From Eledone cirrhosa (taxonomy: Eukaryota): a DNA stretch of 64,000 nucleotides. Numbering within the stretch: position 1 is the stretch's first letter; every line of letters starts with the position of its first letter. Shown one piece after another: positions 1 to 12,000 of this stretch. The DNA is taken from NCBI GenBank assembly GCA_964016885.1, contig OZ024748.1, forward strand, positions 43,462,001 through 43,526,000, read 5' to 3'. Both the position numbers and the translations under genes were made by a program. The notes under the pieces are model-generated. The model was not told where the DNA came from, did not search any database, and saw only the letters and a list, made by a program, of their open reading frames with translations.

Positions 1-3000
1 GGGGTTCCTTCTCTGAAGACCTTTTGCTGTCCAGCTCTCCTGGAGTTCCTTCTCTGAAGACCTTCTGCTGTCCAGCTCTCCCGGGGTTCCTTCCCTCAAG
101 ACCTTCTGCTGTCCAGCTCTCCCGGGGTTCCTTCTCTGAAAACGTTCTACTGTCCAGCTCTCCTGGAAGTTCCTCCTCTGAAGACCTTCTGCTGTCCAGC
201 TCTCCTGAGAGTTTCTTCTCTGAAGACCTTCTGCTGTTCAGCTCTCCTGGAGTTCCTTCTCTCAAGACCTTCTGCTGTCCAGATCTCCTGAGAGTTTCTT
301 CTCTGAAGACCTTCTGCTGTCCAGCTCTCCTGGAGTTCCTTCTCTGAAGACCTTCTGCTGTCCAGCTCTCCCGGGGTTCCTTCTCTGAAGACCTCCTGCT
401 GTCCAGCTCTCCCGGGGTTCCTTCTCTGATGACCTTCTACTGTGCAGTTCTTCCGGGGTTCCTTCTCTGAAGACCTTCTGCTGGCCAGCTCTCCCGGGGT
501 TCCTTCTCTGAAGACCTTCTGCTGTCCAGCTCTCCCGGGGTTCCTTCTCTCAAGACCTTCTGCTGTCCAGCTCTCCTGGAAGTTCCTCCTCTGAAGACCT
601 TCTGCTGTCCAGCTCTCCTGGGGTTCCTTCTCTGAAGACCTTCTGCTGTCCAGCTCTCCCGGGGTTCCTCCTCTCAAGACCTTCTGCTGTCCAGCTCTCC
701 TGGAAGTTCCTCCTCTGAAGACTTTCTGCTGTCCAGCTCTCCCAGGGTTCCTTCTCTGAAGACCTTCTGCTGTCCAGCTCTCCTGGAGTTCCTTCTCTGA
801 AGACCTTCTGCTGTTCAGTTCTCCAGGGGTTCCTTCTCTGAAGACCTTCTGCTGTCCAGCTCTCCCGGCGTTCCTTCTCTGAAAACCTTCTGCTGTCCAG
901 CTCTCCTGGAGTCCCATCTCTCAAGACCTTCTGCTGTCCAGCTCTCCCGGGGTTCCTTCTCTGAAGACCTTCTGCTGTCCAGCTCTCCTAGAAGTTCCTC
1001 CTCTGAAGACCTTCTGCTGTCCAGCACTCCTGGAGTTCCTTCTCTGAAGACATTCTACTCTCCAGATCTCCTGAGAGTTTCTTCTCTGAAGACCTTCTGC
1101 TGTCCAGCTCTCCTGGAGTTCCTTCTCTCAAGACCTTCTGCTGTCCAGATCTCCTGAGAGTTTCTTCTCTGAAGACCTTCTGCTGTCCAGCTCTCCTGGA
1201 GTTCCTTCTCTGAAGACCTTCTGCTGTCCAGCTCTCCTGGAGTTCCTTCTCTCAAGACCTTCTACTGTCCAGCTCTCCTGGGGTTCCTTCTCTGAAGACC
1301 TTCTGCTGTCCAGCTCTCCTGGAGTTCCTTCTCTGAAGACCTTCTGCTGTCCAGCTCTCCCGGGGTTCCTTCTCTGAAGACCTTCTGCTGTCCAGCTCTC
1401 CCGGGGTTCCTTCTCTGAAGACCTTCTGCTGTCCCGCTCTCCCGGGGTTCCTTCTCTGAAGAGCTTCTGCTGTCCAGCTCTCCTGGAGTTCCTTCTCTGA
1501 AGACCTTCTGCTGTGCCGCTCTCCCGGTGTTCCTTCTCTGAAGACCTTCTGCTGTCCAGCTCTCCTGGAGTTCCTTCTCTGAAGACCTTCTGCTGTCCAG
1601 CTCTCCCGGGGTTCCTTCTCTGAAGACCTTCTGCTGTCCAGCTCTCCCGGGGTTCCTTCTCTGAAGACCTTCTACTGTCCAGCACTCCTGGAAGTTCCTC
1701 CACTGAACACCTTCTGCTGTCCAGCTCTCCTGGAGTTCCTTCTCTGAAGACATTCTACTGTCCAGATCCCCTGAGAGTTTCTTCTCTGAAGACCTTCTGA
1801 TGTCCAGCTCTCCTGGAGTTCCTTTTCTCAAGACCTTCTGCTGTCCAGCTCTCCTGGAGTTCCTTCTCTGAAGACCTTCTGCTGTCCAGCTCTCCTGGAG
1901 TTCCTTCTCTCAAGACCTTCTACTGTCCAGCTCTCCTGAGAGTTCCTTCTCTGAAGACCTTCTGCTGTCCAGCACTCCTGGAGTTCCTTCTCTGAAGACC
2001 TTCTACTGTCCAGCTCTCCTGGAGTTCCTTCTCTCAAGACCTTCTGCTGTCCAGCTCTCCTGAGAGTTCCTTCTCTGAAGACCTTCTGCTGTCCAGCTCT
2101 CCTGGAGTTCCTTCTCTGAAGACCTTCTGCTGTCCAGCTCTCCCGGGGTTCCGTCTCTGAAGACCTTCTGCTGTCCAGCTCTCCCGGGGTTCCTTCTCTG
2201 AAGACCTTCTACTGTCCAGCTCTCCTGGAAGATCCTCCTCTGAACACCTTCTGCAGTCCAGCTCTCCTGGAGTTCCTTCTCTGAAGACCTTCTACTGTTC
2301 AGATCTCCTGAGAGTTTCTTCTCTGAAGACCTTCTGCTGTCCAGCTCTCCTGGAGTTCCTTCTCTCAAGACCTTCTGCTGTCCAGATCTCCTGAGAGTTT
2401 CTTCTCTGAAGACCTTCTGCTGTCCAGCTCTCCTGGAGTTCCTTCTCTGAAGACCTTCTGCTGTCCAGCTCTCCTGGGAGTTCCTTCTCTGAAGACCTTC
2501 TGCTGTCCAGCTCTCCTGGGAGTTCCTTCTCTCAAGACCTTCTACTGTCCAGCTCTCCCGGGGTTCCTTCTCTCTTGACCTTCTGCTCTCCAGCTCTCCT
2601 GGGGTTCCTTCTCTTAAGACCTTCTGCTGTCCAGCACTCCCGGGTTTCCTTCTCTGAAGACCTTCTGCTGTCCAGCTCTCCCGGGGTTCCTTCTCTCAAG
2701 ACCTTCTGCTGTCCAGCTCTCCCGGGGTTCCTTCTCTGAAGACCTTCTGCTGTCCAGCTCTCCTGGAGTTCCTCCTCTGAAGACCTTCTGCTGTCCAGCT
2801 CTCCCGGGGTTCCTTCTCTCAAACCTTCTGCTGTCCAGCTCTCCCGGGGTTCCTTCTCTCAAACCTTCTGCTGTCCAGCTCTCCCGGGGTTCCTTCTCTC
2901 AAGACCTTCTGCTGTCCAGCTCTCCTGAAGTTCCTCCTCTGAAGACCTTCTGCTGTCCAGCGCTTCCGGGGTTCCTTCTCTCAAGACCTTCTGCTGTCCA

Positions 3001-6000
3001 GCTCTCCCGGGGTTCCTTCTCTGAAGACCTTCTGCTGTCAAGCTCTCCAGGGGTTCCTTCTCTGAAGACCTTCTGCTGTCCAGCTCTCCCGGGGTTCCTT
3101 CTCTGAAGACCTTCTGCTGTCCAGCTCTCCCGGGGTTTCTACTCTGAAGACCTTCTGCTGTCCAGCTCTCCTGGAGTTCCTTCTCTGAAGACCTTCTGCT
3201 GTCCAGCTCTCCCGGGGTTCCTTCTCTGAAGACCTTCTGCTGTCCAGCTCTCCCGGGGTTCCTTCTCTCAAGACCTTCTGCTGTCCAGCTCTCCCGGGGT
3301 TCCTTCTCTCAAGACCTTCTGCTGTCCAGCTCTCCTGGGGTTCCTTCTCTGAAGACCTTCTGCTGTCCAGCTCTCCCGGTGTTCCTTCTCTCAAGACCTT
3401 CTGCTGTCCAGCTCTCCCGGGGTTCCTTCTCTCAAGACCTTCTGCTGTCCAGCTCTCCCGGGGTTCTTTCTCTCAAGACCTTCTGCTGTCCAGCTCTCCC
3501 GGGGTTCCTTCTCTGAAGACCTTCTGCTGTCCAGCTCTCCTGAAGTTCCTCCTCTGAAGACCTTCTGCTGTCCAGCTCTCCCGGAGTTCCTTCTCTCAAG
3601 ACCTTCTGCTGTTCAGTTCTCCCGGGGTTCCTTCTCTGAAGACCTTCTGCTGTCCAGCTCTCCTGAAGTTCCCCCTCTAAAAACCTTCTGCTGTCCAGCT
3701 CTCCCGGGGTTCCTTCTCTGAAGACCTTCTGCTGTCCAGCTCTCCCGGGGTTCCTTCTCTCAAGACCTTCTGCTGTCCAGCTCTCCCGAGGTTCCTTCTC
3801 TGAAGACCTTCTGCTGTCCAGCTCTCCCAGGGTTCCTTCTCTCAAGACCTTCTGCTGTCCAGCTCTCCCAGGGTTCCTTCTCTCAAGACCTTCTGCTGTC
3901 CAGCGCTCCCGGGGTTCCTTCTCTCAAGACCTTCTGCTGTCCAGCGCTCCCGGGGTTCCTTCTCTGAAGACCTTCTGCTGTCCAGCGCTCCCGCGGTTCC
4001 TTCTCTGAAGACCTTCTGTTGTCCAGCTCTCCCAGGGTTCCTTCTCTCAAGACCTTCTGCTGTCCAGCTCTCCTGGAAGTTCCTCCTATGAAGACCTTCT
4101 GCTGTCCAGCTCTCCCGGGGTTCCTTCTCTGAAGACCTGCTGCTGTCCAGCTCTCCCGGGGTTCCTTATGAAGACCTTCTGCTGTCTAGCTCTCCCGGCG
4201 TTCCTTCTCTGAAGACCTTCTGCTGTCCAGCTGTCCCGGGGTTCCTTCTCTGAAGACCTTCTGCTGTCCAGCTCTCCCGGGGTTCCTTCTCTCAAGACCT
4301 TCTGTGGTCCAGCTCTCCCGGGGTTCCTTCTCTCCAGACCTTCTGCTGTCCAGCTCTCCCGGGGTTCCTTCTCTCAAGACCTTCTGCTGTCCAGCTCTCC
4401 CGGGGTTCCTTCTCTCAAGACCTTCTGCTGTCCAGCTCTCCTGGAAGTTCCTCCTCTGAAGACCTTCTGCTGTCCAGCCCTCCTGGGGTTCCTTCTCTGA
4501 AGACCTTCTGCTGTCCAGCTCTCCCGGGGTTGCTACTCTCAAGTCCTTCTGCTGTCCAGCTCTCCTGGAAATTCCTCCTCTGAAGACCTTCTGCTGTCCA
4601 GGTCTCCCGGGGTTCCTTCTCTGAAGACCTTCTGCTGTCCAGCTCTCCTGGAGTTCCTTCTCTGAAGACCTTCTGCTGTCCAGCTGTCCCGGGGTTCCTT
4701 CTCTCAAGACCTTCTGCTGTCCAGCTCGCCCGGGGTTCCTTCTCTCAAGACCTTCTGCTGTCCAGCTCTCCGGGGGTTCCTTCTCTCAAGACCTTCTGCT
4801 GTCCAGCTCTCCTGGAAGTTCCTCCTCTGAAGACCTTCTGCTGTCCAGCTCTCCTGGGGTTCCTTCTCTGAAGACCTTCTGCTGTCCAGCTCTCCCGGGG
4901 TTCCTACTCTCAAGTCCTTCTGCTGTCCAGCTCTCCTGGAAGTTCCTCCTCTGAAGACCTTCTGCTGTCCAGCTCTCCCGGGGTTCCTTCTCTGAAGACC
5001 TTCTGCTGTCCAGCTCTCCTGTAGTTCCTTCTCTCAAGACCTTCTGCTGTCCAGCTCTCCCGGGGTTCCTTCTCTCAAGACCTTCTGCTGTCCAGCTCTC
5101 CCGGTGTTCCTTCTCTGAAGACCTTCTGCTGTCCAGCTCTCCCGGGGTTCCTTCTCTGAAGACCTTCTGCTGTCCAGCTCTCCTGGAGTTCCTTCTCTGA
5201 AGACCTTCTACTGTCCAGCTCTCCCGAGGTTCCTACTCTCAAGACCTTCTGCTGTCCAGCTCTCCCGGTGTTCCTTCTCTGAAGACCTTCTGCTGTCCAG
5301 CTCTCCCGGGGTTCCTTCCCTCAAGACCTTCTGCTGTCCAGCTCTCCCGGGGTTCCTTCTCTGAAAACCTTCTACTGTCCAGCTCTCCTGGAAGTTCCTC
5401 CTCTGAAGACCTTCTGCTGTCCAGCTCTCCTGGAGTTCCTTCTCTGAAGACCTTCTACAGTCCAGATCTCCTGAGAGTTTCTTCTCTGAAGACCTTCTGC
5501 TGTCCAGATCTCCTGAGAGTTTCTTCTCTGAAGACCTTCTGCTGTCCAGCTCTCCTGGAGTTCCTTCTCTGAAGACCTTCTGCTGTCCAGCTCTCCCGGG
5601 GTTCCTTCTCTGAAGACTTTCTGCTGTCCAGCTCTCCTGGGGTTCCTTCTCTTAAGACCTTCTGCTGTCCAGCTCTCCTGGAAGTTCCTTCTCTGAACAC
5701 CTTCTGCTGTCCAGCTCTCCTGGAGTTCCTTCTCTGAAGACCTTCTACTGTCCAGATCTCCTGAGAGTTTCTTCTCTGAAGACATTCTGATGTCCAGCTC
5801 TCCTGGAGTTCCTTCTCTCAAGACCTTCTGCTGTCCAGATCTCCTGAGAGTTTCTTCTCTGAAGACCTTCTGCTGTCCAGCTCTCCTGGAGTTCCTTCTC
5901 TGAAGACCTTCTGCTGTCCAGCTCTCCTGGAGTTCCTTCTCTCAAGACCTTCTACTGTCCAGCTCTCCTGAGAGTTCCTTCTCTGAAGACCTTCTGCTGT

Positions 6001-9000
6001 CCAGCTCTCCTGGAGTTCCTTCTCTGAAGACCTTCTGCTGTCCAGCTCTCCTGGAGTTCCTTCTCTCATGACCTTCTACTGTCCAGCTCTCCTGGAGTTC
6101 CTTCTCTCAAGACCTTCTGCTGTCCAGCTCTCCTGGGAGTTCCTTCTCTGAAGACCTTCTACTGTACAGCTCTCCCGGGGTTCCTTCTCTGAAGACCTTC
6201 TGCTGTCCAGCACTCTCGGGGTTCCTTCTCTGAAGACCTTCTACTGTCCAGCTCTCCCAGGGTTCCTTCTCTGAAGACCTTCTGCTATCCAGCTCTCCTG
6301 GGAGTTCCTTCTCTGAAGACCTTCTGCTGTCCAGCTCTCCTGGGAGTTCCTTCTCTCAAGACCTTCTGCTGTCCAGATCTCCTGAGAGTTTCTTCTCTGA
6401 AGACCTTCTGCTGTCCAGCTCTCCTGGAGTTCCTTCTCTGAAGACCTTCTGCTGTCCAGCTCTCCCAGGGTTCCTTCTCTGAAGACCTTCTGCTGTGCAG
6501 CTCTCCCGGGGTTCCTTCTCTGATGACCTTCTACTGTCCAGCTCTCCCGGCGTTCCTTCTCTGAAGACCTTATGCTGTCCAGCTCTCCCGGGGTTCCTAC
6601 TCTCAAGACCTTCTGCTGTCCAGCTCTCCCGGGGTTCCTACTCTGAAGACCTTCTGCTGTCCAGCTCTCCCGGGGTTCCTTCTCTGAAGACCTTCTGCTG
6701 TCCAGCTCTCCTTGGAGTTCCTCCTCTGAAGACCTTCTGCTGTCCAGCTCTCCTGGGGTTCCTTCTCTGAAGACCTTCTGCTGTCCAGCTCTCCCGGGGT
6801 TCCTTCTCTGAAAACCTTCTGCTGTCCAGCTCTCCTGGAGTCCCTTCTCTCAAGACCTTCTACTGTCCAGCTCTCCCGGGGTTCCTTCTCTGAAGACCTT
6901 CTGCTGTCCAGCTCTCCCGAGGTTCCTACTCTCAAGACCTTCTGCTGTCCAGCTCTCCCGGTGTTCCTTCTCTGAAGACCTTCTGCTGTCCAGCTCTCCC
7001 GGGGTTCCTTCTCTGAAGACCTTCTGCTGTCCAGCTCTCCCGGGGTTCCTTCTCTGCAGACCTTCTGCTGTCCAGCTCTCCTGAAGTTCCTCCTCTGAAG
7101 ACCTTCTGCTGTCCAGCTCTCCCGGAGTTCCTTCTCTCAAGACCTTCTGCTGTTCAGTTCTCCCGGGGTTCCTTCTCTGAAGACCTTCTGCTGTCCAGCT
7201 CTCCTGAAGTTCCCCCTCTAAAAACCTTCTGCTGTCCAGCTCTCCCGGGGTTCCTTCTCTGAAGACCTTCTGCTGTCCAGCTCTCCCGGGGTTCCTTCTC
7301 TCAAGACCTTCTGCTGTCCAGCTCTCCCGAGGTTCCTTCTCTGAAGACCTTCTGCTGTCCAGCTCTCCCAGGGTTCCTTCTCTCAAGACCTTCTGCTGTC
7401 CAGCTCTCCCAGGGTTCCTTCTCTCAAGACCTTCTGCTGTCCAGCGCTCCCGGGGTTCCTTCTCTCAAGACCTTCTGCTGTCCAGCGCTCCCGGGGTTCC
7501 TTCTCTGAAGACCTTCTGCTGTCCAGCGCTCCCGCGGTTCCTTCTCTGAAGACCTTCTGTTGTCCAGCTCTCCCAGGGTTCCTTCTCTCAAGACCTTCTG
7601 CTGTCCAGCTCTCCTGGAAGTTCCTCCTATGAAGACCTTCTGCTGTCCAGCTCTCCCGGGGTTCCTTCTCTGAAGACCTGCTGCTGTCCAGCTCTCCCGG
7701 GGTTCCTTATGAAGACCTTCTGCTGTCTAGCTCTCCCGGCGTTCCTTCTCTGAAGACCTTCTGCTGTCCAGCTGTCCCGGGGTTCCTTCTCTGAAGACCT
7801 TCTGCTGTCCAGCTCTCCCGGGGTTCCTTCTCTCAAGACCTTCTGTGGTCCAGCTCTCCCGGGGTTCCTTCTCTCCAGACCTTCTGCTGTCCAGCTCTCC
7901 CGGGGTTCCTTCTCTCAAGACCTTCTGCTGTCCAGCTCTCCCGGGGTTCCTACTCTCAAGACCTTCTGCTGTCCAGCTCTCCTGGAAGTTCCTCCTCTGA
8001 AGACCTTCTGCTGTCCAGCCCTCCTGGGGTTCCTTCTCTGAAGACCTTCTGCTGTCCAGCTCTCCCGGGGTTGCTACTCTCAAGTCCTTCTGCTGTCCAG
8101 CTCTCCTGGAAATTCCTCCTCTGAAGACCTTCTGCTGTCCAGGTCTCCCGGGGTTCCTTCTCTGAAGACCTTCTGCTGTCCAGCTCTCCTGGAGTTCCTT
8201 CTCTGAAGACCTTCTGCTGTCCAGCTGTCCCGGGGTTCCTTCTCTCAAGACCTTCTGCTGTCCAGCTCGCCCGGGGTTCCTTCTCTCAAGACCTTCTGCT
8301 GTCCAGCTCTCCGGGGGTTCCTTCTCTCAAGACCTTCTGCTGTCCAGCTCTCCTGGAAGTTCCTCCTCTGAAGACCTTCTGCTGTCCAGCTCTCCTGGGG
8401 TTCCTTCTCTGAAGACCTTCTGCTGTCCAGCTCTCCCGGGGTTCCTACTCTCAAGTCCTTCTGCTGTCCAGCTCTCCTGGAAGTTCCTCCTCTGAAGACC
8501 TTCTGCTGTCCAGCTTTCCCGGGGTTCCTTCTCTGAAGACCTTCTGCTGTCCAGCTCTCCTGTAGTTCCTTCTCTCAAGACCTTCTGCTGTCCAGCTCTC
8601 CCGGGGTTCCTTCTCTCAAGACCTTCTGCTGTCCAGCTCTCCCGGTGTTCCTTCTCTCAAGACCTTCTGCTGTCCAGCTCTCCCGGGGTTCCTTCTCTGA
8701 AGACCTTCTGCTGTCCAGCTCTCCTGGAGTTCCTTCTCTGAAGACCTTCTACTGTCCAGCTCTCCCGAGGTTCCTACTCTCAAGACCTTCTGCTGTCCAG
8801 CTCTCCCGGTGTTCCTTCTCTGAAGACCTTCTGCTGTCCAGCTCTCCCGGGGTTCCTTCCCTCAAGACCTTCTGCTGTCCAGCTCTCCCGGGGTTCCTTC
8901 TCTGAAAACCTTCTACTGTCCAGCTCTCCTGGAAGTTCCTCCTCTGAAGACCTTCTGCTGTCCAGCTCTCCTGGAGTTCCTTCTCTGAAGACCTTCTACA

Positions 9001-12000
9001 GTCCAGATCTCCTGAGAGTTTCTTCTCTGAAGACCTTCTGCTGTCCAGATCTCCTGAGAGTTTCTTCTCTGAAGACCTTCTGCTGTCCAGCTCTCCTGGA
9101 GTTCCTTCTCTGAAGACCTTCTGCTGTCCAGCTCTCCCGGGGTTCCTTCTCTGAAGACTTTCTGCTGTCCAGCTCTCCTGGGGTTCCTTCTCTTAAGACC
9201 TTCTGCTGTCCAGCTCTCCTGGAAGTTCCTTCTCTGAACACCTTCTGCTGTCCAGCTCTCCTGGAGTTCCTTCTCTGAAGACCTTCTACTGTCCAGATCT
9301 CCTGAGAGTTTCTTCTCTGAAGACATTCTGATGTCCAGCTCTCCTGGAGTTCCTTCTCTCAAGACCTTCTGCTGTCCAGATCTCCTGAGAGTTTCTTCTC
9401 TGAAGACCTTCTGCTGTCCAGCTCTCCTGGAGTTCCTTCTCTGAAGACCTTCTGCTGTCCAGCTCTCCTGGAGTTCCTTCTCTCAAGACCTTCTACTGTC
9501 CAGCTCTCCTGAGAGTTCCTTCTCTGAAGACCTTCTGCTGTCCAGCTCTCCTGGAGTTCCTTCTCTGAAGACCTTCTGCTGTCCAGCTCTCCTGGAGTTC
9601 CTTCTCTCATGACCTTCTACTGTCCAGCTCTCCTGGAGTTCCTTCTCTCAAGACCTTCTGCTGTCCAGCTCTCCTGGGAGTTCCTTCTCTGAAGACCTTC
9701 TACTGTACAGCTCTCCCGGGGTTCCTTCTCTGAAGACCTTCTGCTGTCCAGCACTGTCGGGGTTCCTTCTCTGAAGACCTTCTACTGTCCAGCTCTCCCA
9801 GGGTTCCTTCTCTGAAGACCTTCTGCTATCCAGCTCTCCTGGGAGTTCCTTCTCTGAAGACCTTCTGCTGTCCAGCTCTCCTGGGAGTTCCTTCTCTCAA
9901 GACCTTCTGCTGTCCAGATCTCCTGAGAGTTTCTTCTCTGAAGACCTTCTGCTGTCCAGCTCTCCTGGAGTTCCTTCTCTGAAGACCTTCTGCTGTCCAG
10001 CTCTCCCAGGGTTCCTTCTCTGAAGACCTTCTGCTGTGCAGCTCTCCCGGGGTTCCTTCTCTGATGACCTTCTACTGTCCAGCTCTCCCGGCGTTCCTTC
10101 TCTGAAGACCTTATGCTGTCCAGCTCTCCCGGGGTTCCTACTCTCAAGACCTTCTGCTGTCCAGCTCTCCCGGGGTTCCTACTCTGAAGACCTTCTGCTG
10201 TCCAGCTCTCCCGGGGTTCCTTCTCTGAAGACCTTCTGCTGTCCAGCTCTCCTTGGAGTTCCTCCTCTGAAGACCTTCTGCTGTCCAGCTCTCCTGGGGT
10301 TCCTTCTCTGAAGACCTTCTGCTGTCCAGCTCTCCCGGGGTTCCTTCTCTGAAAACCTTCTGCTGTCCAGCTCTCCTGGAGTCCCTTCTCTCAAGACCTT
10401 CTACTGTCCAGCTCTCCCGGGGTTCCTTCTCTGAAGACCTTCTGCTGTCCAGCTCTCCCGAGGTTCCTACTCTCAAGACCTTCTGCTGTCCAGCTCTCCC
10501 GGTGTTCCTTCTCTGAAGACCTTCTGCTGTCCAGCTCTCCCGGGGTTCCTTCTCTGAAGACCTTCTGCTGTCCAGCTCTCCTGTAGTTCCTTCTCTCAAG
10601 ACCTTCTGCTGTCCAGCTCTCCCGGGGTTCCTTCTCTCAAGACCTTCTGCTGTCCAGCTCTCCCGGTGTTCCTTCTCTGAATACCTTCTGCTGTCCAGCT
10701 CTCCCGGGGTTCCTTCTCTGAAGACCTTCTGCTGTCCAGCTCTCCTGGAGTTCCTTCTCTGAAGACCTTCTACTGTCCAGCTCTCCTGGGGTTCCTTCTC
10801 TGAAGACCTTCTGCTGTCCAGCTCTCCCGGGGTTCCTTCCCTCAAGACCTTCTGCTGTCCAGCTCTCCCGGGGTTTCTTCTCTGAAAACCTTCTACTGTC
10901 CAGCTCTCCTGGAAGTTCCTCCTCTGAAGACCTTCTGCTGTCCAGCTCTCCTGGAGTTCCTTCTCTGAAGACCTTCTACAGTCCAGATCTCCTGAGAGTT
11001 TCTTCTCTGAAGACCTTCTGCTGTCCAGATCTCCTGAGAGTTTCTTCTCTGAAGACCTTCTGATGTCCAGCTCTCCTGGAGTTCCTTCTCTCAAGACCTT
11101 CTGCTGTCCAGATCTCCTGAGAGTTTCTTCTCTGAAGACCTTCTGCTGTCCAGCTCTCCTGGAGTTCCTTCTCTGAAGACCTTCTGCTGTCCAGCTCTCC
11201 TGGAGTTCCTTCTCTCAAGACCTTCTACTGTCCAGCTCTCCTGAGAGTTCCTTCTCTGAAGACCTTCTGCTGTCCAGCTCTCCTGGAGTTCCTTCTCTGA
11301 AGACCTTCTGCTGTCCAGCTCTCCTGGAGTTCCTTCTCTCAAGACCTTCTACTGTCCAGCTCTCCTGGAGTTCCTTCTCTCAAGACCTTCTGCTGTCCAG
11401 CTCTCCTGGGAGTTCCTTCTCTCAAGACCTTCTACTGTACAGCTCTCCCGGGGTTCCTTCTCTGAAGACCTTCTGCTGTCCAGCACTCCCGGGGTTCCTT
11501 CTCTGAAGACCTTCTACTGTCCAACTCTCCCAGGGTTCCTTCTCTGAAGACCTTCTGCTCTCCAGCTCTCCTGGAAGTTCCTTCTCTGAAGACCTTCTGC
11601 TGTCCAGCTCTCCTGGGAGTTCCTTCTCTCAAGACCTTCTGCTGTCCAGATCTCCTGAGAGTTCCTTCTCTGAAGACCTTCTGCTGTCCAGCTCTCCTGG
11701 AGTTCCTTCTCTCAAGACATTCTACTGTCCAGCTCTCCTGGGGTTCCCTCTCTGAAGACCTTCTGCTGTCCAGCTCTCCTGGAGTTCCTTCTCTGAAGAC
11801 CTTCTGCTGTCCAGCTCTCCCGGGGTTCCTTCTCTGAAGACCTTCTGCTGTCCAGCTCTGCCGGGGTTCCTTCTCTTAAGACCTTCTGCTGTCCAGCTCT
11901 CCTGGAAGTTCCTTCTCTGAACACCTTCTGCTGTCCAGCTCTCCTGGAGTTCCTTCTCTGAAGACCTTCTACTGTCCAGATCTCCTGAGAGTTTCTTCTC

